This document shows positions 46,757 to 54,885 of a DNA stretch of 64,000 nucleotides, piece after piece. Made by a program: the position numbers and the translations under genes. This stretch comes from Candidatus Desulfaltia sp. (GTDB lineage: Bacteria; Desulfobacterota; Desulfobacteria; Desulfobacterales; ETH-SRB1), in the NCBI GenBank assembly GCA_030656555.1, contig JAUSPN010000040.1:70536-134535 (forward strand), given 5' to 3'. Position 1 is the stretch's first letter, and every line of letters begins with the position of its first letter. The notes under the pieces are model-generated. The model did not search any database. It saw nothing but the letters and a program-made list of their open reading frames with translations, and had not been told where the DNA came from.

Positions 46757-48229
46757 ATGACTGCCAGAATACTCATAATAGATGACGAGAAAGATATGCT
46801 GAATGTTTTGAAGCGGATTATCTCCGAAAAGAGAAACTACAGCGTAACCATTGAACCTGATCCGATAATTGCCCTTGAATTGTTTATGAAAGATCCATTT
46901 GATCTGGTCATAACCGATTTAAAGATGCCCGGTATGGACGGTATCAAGCTCCTTGAAGAGGTCAAAAAGATCAGCCCCGGAACTTCGGTTTTTGTCATGA
47001 CCGCTTACGGCACAATTGAAACCGCAGTGGATGCGATTAAAAAAGGCGCCTATGATTACATAACCAAACCGTTTCTGTCGGAACATGTCCTGCTGACAAT
47101 AGACAAGGCTGTGAAATGGCGGCAGATGGTAAAGGAAAACCTTGCTCTCCGCCAGGCCCTGGAGGAAAAAGAGGGTTATCCGCCTATAATCGGGGCCAGC
47201 CCGGCTATAAGGGAGGTGTTTGAACATATCAGGCAGGTGGCCCCGAGCATGGCTACGGTTTTAATCACAGGCCCGAGCGGCACGGGCAAGGAACTGGTTG
47301 CCGGGGCTATTCACAGGAATAGCCGCAGAAGCTCCAAAGCAATGGTTACCATCAACTGTACGGCCTTACCTGAACAGATTATGGAAAGCGAGCTTTTTGG
47401 TCATGTAAAGGGCGCGTTCACGGGGGCCTGGCGAGATAAAAAGGGCCTGGTTGAGGAGGCGCACGAAGGAACCCTGTTTTTGGATGAAATCGCCGACCTG
47501 AGCCCTTTTATGCAAACCAAGCTGCTCAGGCTCCTGCAGGATGGTGAGTATAAGCCGGTTGGCGGCGTTTTTACCAAAAAAGCCGACATCCGAGTTATCG
47601 CCGCTACCAACCATGATATAACCCGGGATGTAAAGGAAAAACGTTTCAGAGAAGACCTTTATTATCGGTTAAACGTGGTGCATATTGAACTGCCTCCGCT
47701 TAGTGAAAGAAAAGAGGATATTCCGCTTATAGCTTATCATTTCATGGAAAAGTATGCCCGTATAAACCAGAAGGATATCCGGGAAATTTCCCCCCCGGCC
47801 ATGCAGGCGCTGCTTTTAAATGAGATGCCGGGCAATGTCAGGGAGCTGCAAAATATCATCGAGCGCGGGATTATTTTTTGCCAAAGTAATGTTATGGAAA
47901 TGAAAGACCTGTTTCCTAAAATAGAACTGAAACCCCCTTGTCTGAAATCAGATCAGGACATGTATATGTGTTGCATTCGCCTTAAAGACGCAAAGGACTT
48001 GGCGATAAAGGACTTTAAAAATGCAAGGGAAGAGATGATCCGTTTGTTTCATTCATGGTATGTAAAGCAGGTTCTCCTGGAAAGCAGGGGAAACATTACC
48101 AGAGCTGCTGATATGGCAGGCATTCAAAGGCAATATCTTTACCGGTTGATGAAAGAAGCAGGCATAAACCGCAAACAGTTTAAACCCGACCCCGACCCGA
48201 CCTCTACCCACCCCACACACAAACTGTAA
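46757..48229 (+). CDS. Sigma-54-dependent response regulator (NtrC family)
   Basis: ITDLKMPGMDG, GPSGTGKE, GAFTGA and LFLDEIA motifs; HTH GNITRAADMAGIQRQYLYRLMK. Confidence 0.95.
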   Translation: MTARILIIDDEKDMLNVLKRIISEKRNYSVTIEPDPIIALELFMKDPFDLVITDLKMPGMDGIKLLEEVKKISPGTSVFVMTAYGTIETAVDAIKKGAYDYITKPFLSEHVLLTIDKAVKWRQMVKENLALRQALEEKEGYPPIIGASPAIREVFEHIRQVAPSMATVLITGPSGTGKELVAGAIHRNSRRSSKAMVTINCTALPEQIMESELFGHVKGAFTGAWRDKKGLVEEAHEGTLFLDEIADLSPFMQTKLLRLLQDGEYKPVGGVFTKKADIRVIAATNHDITRDVKEKRFREDLYYRLNVVHIELPPLSERKEDIPLIAYHFMEKYARINQKDIREISPPAMQALLLNEMPGNVRELQNIIERGIIFCQSNVMEMKDLFPKIELKPPCLKSDQDMYMCCIRLKDAKDLAIKDFKNAREEMIRLFHSWYVKQVLLESRGNITRAADMAGIQRQYLYRLMKEAGINRKQFKPDPDPTSTHPTHKL

Positions 48230-48389
48230 CACAGATGTTACATTGCAGGTATTTATGTAACCCTGCAGGCTACAAATCGTCTGTTTCATAGAGCTTTTTT
48301 ATCCAACAAAAAGCATCTAAAAAAATGCAATTTTTAAAATTACCAGTGCTATTCACATGTTAGATGCCAGGGCTGTTTTTAATCCCTGA

Positions 48390-48405
48390 TGGCACATGTT
48401 TTGCT
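48390..48405 (+). promoter_or_regulatory. Sigma-54 (-24/-12) promoter
   Basis: TGGCAC-atgtt-TTGCT is an exact match to the consensus core. It lies 160 nt downstream of the activator gene. Confidence 0.85.
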
Positions 48406-48411
48406 ATAAAG

Positions 48412-48452
48412 AGGCTTTGATTAGCAGGCTTTGATTAGCAGGCTTTGATTAG
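48412..48452 (+). repeat. Tandem repeat, 3 x 14 nt (AGGCTTTGATTAGC)
   Basis: Three contiguous, nearly perfect units begin at about the predicted sigma-54 transcription start. The complementary CTAATCAAA lies at 48610-48618. Confidence 0.85.
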
Positions 48453-48465
48453 ATGTCTCAGAACT

Positions 48466-48587
48466 AAAACTGCAATTTTAGTCATTGCGAGTAGAACAAA
48501 GTAATCTCATAACACATTTATAATTCATGAGATTGCCACGGCATCCACCTGAGGCGGATTCCTCGCAATGACTAAAATTGCAGTTTT
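48466..48587. repeat. Perfect 26-bp inverted repeat enclosing 70 nt (nested-hairpin element family)
   Basis: AAAACTGCAATTTTAGTCATTGCGAG (48466-48491) pairs with CTCGCAATGACTAAAATTGCAGTTTT (48562-48587). The inner pair is AATCTCAT/ATGAGATT. Confidence 0.85.
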
Positions 48588-48733
48588 GCAAAGATCAAAC
48601 CAAAAAAGTCTAATCAAAAAAGGGGGTGGTGACAGGCAAAAAAGTGAAAAGCCGGTTTTGATATTACATAAAAGATTATAACCGGTCAATAGCAATTCGG
48701 TTAACTTAGTTATATTATTTAAGGAGGTCATAA

Positions 48734-49783
48734 ATGACTGAAGTAAAAGATGAAAAAAGGATGGGATGGGAGTCTGCTCGCGAGATCGAGGCAGAAAAAG
48801 CAACCATGGCCGAGAGAGCAATGCTGACCAAGGAAAATATTAAAACTTTGCTGATGTATTCGGTAGCCTTTGTCGGTCTTTTTGCTGTCGCCTGGTGGCT
48901 GGCTGGCTGTCCGTTTGAGTTTACACAGCGCCTTCCCTCGGAATATGTGGTAAAACATGGCTTGGTCGGCACAACCAACTGGACGATTGTATGGTATGTT
49001 GTTTTTATGTGCGCATTTTTTGAGTTTATGGATTCTGCCGGCGGCATGGGCTACGGCACAGCCCTGACACCGCTGATGCTTATAGCAGGCTTTGATCCAA
49101 AGCAGGTTGTGCCCTGCGTAATGATCACAGAGGCTTTCACAGGGCTGATAGCCGGGATGGTGCACAGTGAATTCGGCAATGTGGAGTGGAGTTTCAGCCC
49201 CTTAAACGAGACCACAAAGCTGACGGTATTAGTCTGCGCCGTCGGTATTGTGTGCGTCTGCTTCTCCATTACCGCGGCTTACAAGGTTTTAAAAGTCCAC
49301 AAGGTATGGATCAAGCTTTATGTGGCCGTCCTTCTGGTGGTAATGGGGATCTGCTCCCTCATGACGGCTAAGAAGTATACGACGTACAGGCCCAAGTGGA
49401 TGATTTTATTCGCGGGTCTTGGCGGCTTTAACAAGGGTGTTGGAGGCGGAGGCTACGGCCCGGTTATTACGGTCGGCGGCCTTCTTGCCGGTGTTCCCGT
49501 AAAGAGCATGGTGGCCATCACCTCCCTGGCAGAAGGCGTAACATGCGTGTTTGCCGTGGGTATGTGGTTTATCCTTCTTTCCACAGGGGTGGTCATCGAC
49601 TATATGCTCCTGCCGTCGTTTGTAATCGGCACGGTCATAGCTGCTGTTGCCGCGCCTTATGTAACGCGGATTTTTTCGGAAAAGTTCTGGAAGATCCTTG
49701 TTCCTACCTATTGCTGTATCCTGGCAGTTTACTGCTTCTATAAGATCATTCCAAGTGTTATAAAGAAGCTGAAAGCCGGCTGA
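48734..49783 (+). CDS. TSUP-family (TauE/SafE-like) permease, divergent member
   Basis: Polytopic, with glycine motifs DSAGGMGYGTALTP and GVGGGGYGPVITVGG. The RBS is AAGGAGG. Confidence 0.75.
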   Translation: MTEVKDEKRMGWESAREIEAEKATMAERAMLTKENIKTLLMYSVAFVGLFAVAWWLAGCPFEFTQRLPSEYVVKHGLVGTTNWTIVWYVVFMCAFFEFMDSAGGMGYGTALTPLMLIAGFDPKQVVPCVMITEAFTGLIAGMVHSEFGNVEWSFSPLNETTKLTVLVCAVGIVCVCFSITAAYKVLKVHKVWIKLYVAVLLVVMGICSLMTAKKYTTYRPKWMILFAGLGGFNKGVGGGGYGPVITVGGLLAGVPVKSMVAITSLAEGVTCVFAVGMWFILLSTGVVIDYMLLPSFVIGTVIAAVAAPYVTRIFSEKFWKILVPTYCCILAVYCFYKIIPSVIKKLKAG

Positions 49784-49829
49784 TCCGATCTGGTTGATTC
49801 GGCAACTTAACCGGCTTCATAAAGATAAC

Positions 49830-49862
49830 GGGGTCTCTGCATAAATGCAGGGGCCCCTTTTT
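49830..49862 (+). terminator. Rho-independent terminator
   Basis: 12-bp stem GGGGTCTCTGCA / TGCAGGGGCCCC (two G-U pairs), 4-nt loop, then TTTTT. It lies 47 nt after the TSUP stop codon. Confidence 0.8.
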
Positions 49863-49990
49863 CGTAACCGTTCACGGTTACCCCTGTTCTTAGTGCTTGA
49901 CCACGATATAAAACTCATGTAAGGAAAAAGAGGATAACATTTTACAGTTATCGTTTCACGGTTGAAAAAAATAAAAGGTAGAGGAAATTT

Positions 49991-50356
49991 ATGGGATCCT
50001 CTTTTGAAGATTTAGAAGTTTGGAAAAAATCTTGTAGATTGTCAGTGCGTTTTTATAAATTATTAAGAGATTGCCGGGATTATGGAATGAAAGATCAAAT
50101 GATGCGCTCATCTATATCTATTCCATCAAATATTGCAGAAGGAAGCGAAAGAAAGAGTGTTCCGGATTTCCAAAGGTTTATAAATATTGCACAGGGATCG
50201 GCTGCGGAGCTGAGAACACAGATTTATATTTCACGAGAGGTTAATATATTTTCTGATTCAGATGCGAAAGAATTGATTCAAGAGTTGAAATCAATATCCA
50301 AAATGCTTCAATCGTTGCATGGTTCGTTAAAAAAAACCGTGAACCGACAACCGTGA
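49991..50356 (+). CDS. Four-helix-bundle protein (23S rRNA intervening-sequence protein / Avd-like family)
   Basis: 121 aa with family-typical motifs FEDLEVWKKS, DQMMRSSISIPSNIAEGSER and FINIAQGSAAELRTQ. It is flanked by GTGAACCG-word inverted repeats. Confidence 0.85.
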   Translation: MGSSFEDLEVWKKSCRLSVRFYKLLRDCRDYGMKDQMMRSSISIPSNIAEGSERKSVPDFQRFINIAQGSAAELRTQIYISREVNIFSDSDAKELIQELKSISKMLQSLHGSLKKTVNRQP

Positions 50357-50414
50357 ACTGTTACGGATTGTCAATCTTTTAACACTTAACTGCTTAACAC
50401 ATTTCGAAAAAACT

Positions 50415-50957
50415 ATGACTATTCAAAAAACTGATCGATTTAAAAAAGAAAGCCTCTATGCCAGATGGTGGAACAGCCGTAACTTTATTCAGAAACGCGT
50501 GATTCGGTTCTGCATGATAATGATTGTGATGATTCTTTGTTTTCCGCTGTATTATCTTGGGTTTTTCGGTACAATGGAGGGTCCACTGGACCCTACGCAT
50601 TTAGGCGAACAACTCAGCAATATAGGCGTGACAAAGACCAGGATGCTGGTTTTTTTTATCTCTCTTGCGGCTATTTCAGTATCATGGAACTGGGTTTACA
50701 ACCTTATCAGCATTTTGATGGGCTCGCGTCTTACCTGCAAACGGGAAATAGATGATGAGGGGACAGTATGCGGCGCATCGGTTAAGCGAAATAAAATCGT
50801 TAATAAAAAAACAAAGCAGATGACCGCGCAATATGTGTGCATCCACGGCCACAAACGCCCGGATGCCCACTTCCACTCGTTAAAAAAGAGCGCCTTCAGC
50901 CATACATTATGGGTTCTTTCCGTGGTGTTTTCCCTGATCGTCTTTTTCGAGTCCTGA
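50415..50957 (+). CDS. Hypothetical membrane protein with Cys/His cluster
   Basis: 180 aa with three hydrophobic segments and a C-x10-C ... C-x-H-x-H cluster in a basic loop. There is no clear RBS. Confidence 0.45.
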   Translation: MTIQKTDRFKKESLYARWWNSRNFIQKRVIRFCMIMIVMILCFPLYYLGFFGTMEGPLDPTHLGEQLSNIGVTKTRMLVFFISLAAISVSWNWVYNLISILMGSRLTCKREIDDEGTVCGASVKRNKIVNKKTKQMTAQYVCIHGHKRPDAHFHSLKKSAFSHTLWVLSVVFSLIVFFES

Positions 50958-50994
50958 TTCGGACCTTTTACCTTAATACGCGGGAGTTTCGTAT

Positions 50995-52164
50995 ATGCAT
51001 AGTAAAAAACTTTTTCTGCTTATCTTCCTGAGCCTCGCGGGATTTGTTACCTCCTTTGGCGCTTACATTGTTGCCGCAAATCTGCCTTCCTATTCAAAGG
51101 AGACCGGAGCCGGTCTAATTACAATAGGGATTTTAATCGCCATTTATGATTTAGCAGAGATCATCTTGAAGCCCATGGCAGGGGTGTTGTCGAAAAAGAT
51201 AGGCGAGTGGGCGGTGCTTCGTTTAGGGCTTATGCTTTTTTTACTGGCTTCAGGGCTTTACCTGATAATTGACCCTTCATGGCTGTTTCTGATCCGCTGG
51301 CTCCAGGGCGCGGGAGCGGCCTTTTTTTCGGTTATGTCAACTACCCTGCTTGTCAGATATTTCATGGACAGAAAGGGAATGGCTCTCGGCCTTTATGGAG
51401 GCTTTAAAAGCAGCGGATATGTGCTGGCCCCCACTATCGGAGGTGTTTTTGTTTACTTTCACGGGTTTAAATCCATTTTTATCCTTTGCGCCTGTGTTGC
51501 ACTACTGATATTGATTCTAAGCTATATAGTCAGGCTGCCTGCCTTTGCTCTACATGCCCCTGAATTACAAAAACGGAACAAGAAAAAAGTCGGGTTTAAA
51601 AGCCTTGTGCATTCCATAAAAAACAGAGAAACTCTGCCGGCCTTTTTGATTATATTTTTCAACATGATTTTTCTGGGGGCATTTTTCGGGTTTGTTCCTG
51701 TTCTGCTTTCCAGTAAAGGGTTAGGCCCTGCGAAGGCCGGTATCATTCTTACTGTTAACGCCGTGGTGTTTCTGGCTGTCCAGCCGCTTTTGGGCCGGCT
51801 TTCGGATACAATGGGCCGGAAAAAACTGATTGCCACGGGCTTGATACTTTCCACCCTGTCCCTGTGCCTGCTTCCATTTCTTGGTTCTCCCTTTTATATT
51901 GTGGCCTGCCTGGTGCTGGCTGTCGGCATCGGCTGCGTATCTCCGCTGTGTGACGCCTTTATAGGGGATGTGAGCGATGAAGAGGATCTGGCCGTAAATT
52001 TAGGAATATCCGGCGCTTATCGGGAATTAGGGGAGATGGTGGGGCCTGTTTCCATGGGGTTTATAGGCCAGACCGTGGGCCTTGGCACGGCCTTTCTGTT
52101 TGTGGGGATAATAGGCGCCGGCAGTCTGCTGTGTCTCAGGTTTTTAAAGGAAAAAAACAGATGA
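50995..52164 (+). CDS. MFS transporter
   Basis: 389 aa with ~12 TM helices and an MFS-like loop motif [11 protein letters not shown] between TM8 and TM9. Confidence 0.85.
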   Translation: MHSKKLFLLIFLSLAGFVTSFGAYIVAANLPSYSKETGAGLITIGILIAIYDLAEIILKPMAGVLSKKIGEWAVLRLGLMLFLLASGLYLIIDPSWLFLIRWLQGAGAAFFSVMSTTLLVRYFMDRKGMALGLYGGFKSSGYVLAPTIGGVFVYFHGFKSIFILCACVALLILILSYIVRLPAFALHAPELQKRNKKKVGFKSLVHSIKNRETLPAFLIIFFNMIFLGAFFGFVPVLLSSKGLGPAKAGIILTVNAVVFLAVQPLLGRLSDTMGRKKLIATGLILSTLSLCLLPFLGSPFYIVACLVLAVGIGCVSPLCDAFIGDVSDEEDLAVNLGISGAYRELGEMVGPVSMGFIGQTVGLGTAFLFVGIIGAGSLLCLRFLKEKNR

Positions 52165-54206
52165 ACGAAGCAGGAATGACGGATAACTGGTCTGAAGCAG
52201 ATGAACTTTGCGTAAATACGATACGCACACTTTCAATGGATGCTGTTCAAAAGGCCAATTCCGGACATCCGGGCGCGCCAATGGGACTTGCGCCGGCGGC
52301 ATATATCCTGTGGACGCGTATTTTAAAACATAACCCGAAAAACCCTGACTGGCTGGACAGAGACAGATTTGTTCTTTCCGGAGGCCATGCATCCATGCTT
52401 TTATACAGCCTTCTTTATCTTTGCGGGTATGATTTAAGCTTAGAGGATATAAAAAATTTCAGACAAATGGGCGGCAAAACCCCGGGACATCCTGAATTCA
52501 GGCATACTCCGGGTGTTGAAACAACAACCGGCCCCCTTGGGCAGGGCTTTGCCAATGCAGTCGGCATGGCAATGGCTGAAAGGCACCTTGCGGCAACATA
52601 TAACCGCCCTAATTGTGATATTGTGGATCACCATACATTTGTAATGTGCGGCGACGGGGACATGATGGAAGGGATTACATCTGAAGCCGCATCCCTTGCC
52701 GGCCACCTTGGTCTTTCCAGGTTGATCTGTATTTATGATGATAACAAAATTTCTATTGAAGGGGGCACGGATATATCCTTTACGGAAGATGTCGCCCAAA
52801 GATTCAAGGCATATAACTGGCATGTCCTACAGGTTGATAACGGAAACGATCTAAATGCGATTTATAAGGCTGTCATTGAGGCAAAGAAGGAAACAGATAA
52901 GCCCTCCCTGATTATGCTGCGCACACATATTGCATTTGGCAGCCCAAACAAGCAGGACACATCCGATGCTCACGGAGCGCCTCTTGGCGAAGAAGAAATC
53001 CGTCTTACAAAGAGAAACCTGGGGTGTCCTGAAGACATCTCTTTCTGGGTGCCTGAGCAAGCTCTTGAAATATTTAGAAAATGTGTCGACATGGGAAAAG
53101 AAGCTGAATCAGTGTGGCAGGAAAAGTTTAAGGCTTATGCTGATAAATATCCTGATCCGGCAAAAAAATGGATTGATGCCATAAGCGGAGGATTAAAGGA
53201 TGGATGGGATGCGGATATCCCGCATTTCGAAGGCTCCGTTGCAACGCGGGCAGCATCCGGCAAGGTGCTCAATGCTATTGCAGGAAAGGTTCCCGCTCTT
53301 GTCGGAGGTTCTGCTGATCTGGCTCCTTCAAACAATACAATTATCAAATCTTCCCATGATTTTCAAAAAAATATGTATGACGGCAGGAATATCCGCTTCG
53401 GAGTCAGGGAACATGCAATGGGAGGGATTCTGTCCGGCATGGCCCTTCATAAGGGCATCAGGCCTTACGGGGGAACATTCCTTGTGTTTGCAGACTATAT
53501 GCGGCCGTCAATACGTCTTGCCTGTTTGATGAAATTACCGGTAATATATGTTTTTACTCATGACAGTATTGCGGTCGGCGAAGATGGGCCGACACACCAG
53601 CCTGTCGAACACCTGGCCGGTTTAAGGGCCATTCCCGGGCTGACCTTAATCCGTCCCGCAGATGCCGTGGAGACAGCAGAAGCATGGCGTATTGCAATAA
53701 AGAGTGTTGATAGTCCTGTTGCCCTGATTCTGAGCCGCCAGAAGCTTCCTGTATTGGACAGGTCAAGATATGGTCCGGCAGAAGGGCTTGCAAACGGCGC
53801 TTATATCCTGTCTGATTCAGAGGGGTCTGATTCAGAGGGCAAACCGGATATTATCCTGATAGCCTCGGGCTCGGAGGTTCATATAGCTCTAACAGCCGCC
53901 GGAATTCTTGCGGATCAAGGCGTTTCAGTCAGGGTAGTCAATATGCCGAGCTGGGAACTTTTTGAAAAAATGCCGCAGGAATATAAGGATAAAGTACTGT
54001 TGCCGGATGTGAAAAAGCGCGTTGCAGTTGAAGCTGGCATTCCAATGGGATGGGAACGATATGTTGGAAACAGCGGCGTAATAATCGGTATAACCGGCTT
54101 TGGAGTTTCAGCGCCCGGCAGGCTTGTCATGGAGAAATTCGGATTTACACCCGAAAATATAGTTCAAAAGGTAATTAAAAAATGGGGATTCCGCAGTTTA
54201 CCGTAA
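52161..54206 (+). CDS. tkt: Transketolase
   Basis: [15 protein letters not shown] and GDGDMMEG (TPP-binding motif), plus [17 protein letters not shown] prefer the ATG at 52161, which overlaps the MFS stop as ATGA. Confidence 0.95.
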   Translation: MNEAGMTDNWSEADELCVNTIRTLSMDAVQKANSGHPGAPMGLAPAAYILWTRILKHNPKNPDWLDRDRFVLSGGHASMLLYSLLYLCGYDLSLEDIKNFRQMGGKTPGHPEFRHTPGVETTTGPLGQGFANAVGMAMAERHLAATYNRPNCDIVDHHTFVMCGDGDMMEGITSEAASLAGHLGLSRLICIYDDNKISIEGGTDISFTEDVAQRFKAYNWHVLQVDNGNDLNAIYKAVIEAKKETDKPSLIMLRTHIAFGSPNKQDTSDAHGAPLGEEEIRLTKRNLGCPEDISFWVPEQALEIFRKCVDMGKEAESVWQEKFKAYADKYPDPAKKWIDAISGGLKDGWDADIPHFEGSVATRAASGKVLNAIAGKVPALVGGSADLAPSNNTIIKSSHDFQKNMYDGRNIRFGVREHAMGGILSGMALHKGIRPYGGTFLVFADYMRPSIRLACLMKLPVIYVFTHDSIAVGEDGPTHQPVEHLAGLRAIPGLTLIRPADAVETAEAWRIAIKSVDSPVALILSRQKLPVLDRSRYGPAEGLANGAYILSDSEGSDSEGKPDIILIASGSEVHIALTAAGILADQGVSVRVVNMPSWELFEKMPQEYKDKVLLPDVKKRVAVEAGIPMGWERYVGNSGVIIGITGFGVSAPGRLVMEKFGFTPENIVQKVIKKWGFRSLP

Positions 54207-54481
54207 ATCAGGATGCCGAAGGTGTTTTCCGGTTTAAGGGAGAGCTGAACATACATGGCATTGAATACCTGAAAGAGTTTGTTGATACTTCTTTTGCTGA
54301 AGCAAAGGAAATTTCTCTTTGTCTGGCAGAGGTAACATTTGCAGACACGGCATCGCTGCAGTTTCTTATCGCTTTGAGGAGGTCGCTGGAACCGAAGATT
54401 AAATGGAGGTTGCTGGAATTGTCTCCTGAATTGGAAAAAATTTTGGGAATAAGTGCTCTTAAAACAGCCCTTGTGGATTAG
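54182..54481 (+). CDS. STAS-domain protein (anti-sigma-factor antagonist-like)
   Basis: 99 aa. The pattern F.GEL.......L........L.L..V.F.DS...Q.L reads here as [13 protein letters not shown]. Confidence 0.7.
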   Translation: MGIPQFTVNQDAEGVFRFKGELNIHGIEYLKEFVDTSFAEAKEISLCLAEVTFADTASLQFLIALRRSLEPKIKWRLLELSPELEKILGISALKTALVD

Positions 54482-54495
54482 TTGATTGGAGGAAC

Positions 54496-54885
54496 ATGAA
54501 AAAACTTATCCTGGTGGTAGATGATTCTCCTACTATTCGATCGTCGATTTCCTTTTGCCTTGGTAATGCCGGATATAAGGTATCAGAGGCTAAAGATGGA
54601 AAAGACGCCCTTGAAAAGCTGGCGAACATGAAGGAAGAAGGGCAAATTCCTTCCCTGATTGTCACCGACGTCAATATGCCTCAAATGGATGGTATTACTT
54701 TCATAGAAATGGTCAAGAAAGGCGATTTTCGCTTTCTTCCCATACTTGTTCTTACCACGGAATCGGAAGAGTCAATGATAGAAAAGGGAAGAGCTGCCGG
54801 GGCTTCAGGATGGCTGGTAAAGCCTTTCCGCCCTGAGCAATTTTTGTGGACAATAAAGAAACTGGTCTGGACTGTTAATGAATGA
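54496..54885 (+). CDS. cheY: CheY-like response regulator
   Basis: VVDDS, VTDVNMPQMDG and LVKPF motifs; 129 aa; directly upstream of cheA. Confidence 0.9.
   Translation: MKKLILVVDDSPTIRSSISFCLGNAGYKVSEAKDGKDALEKLANMKEEGQIPSLIVTDVNMPQMDGITFIEMVKKGDFRFLPILVLTTESEESMIEKGRAAGASGWLVKPFRPEQFLWTIKKLVWTVNE

Noticed and set aside
48412-48452. Possible CRISPR-like array (repeated 14-mers).
   Set aside because: The three units are contiguous with no spacers, each is only 14 nt long, and there are no cas genes. It is a simple tandem repeat.
48525-49165. Three overlapping minus-strand ORFs (98-145 aa) across the module 3 leader and the start of the TSUP gene.
   Set aside because: They are antisense to a well-supported permease gene and pass through the hairpin element. 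They are probably artefacts.
52131-52160. Upstream extension of transketolase (ORF-track start 52131).
   Set aside because: The extension lies inside the MFS gene. The ATG at 52161 gives the usual transketolase N terminus and an ATGA stop/start overlap.
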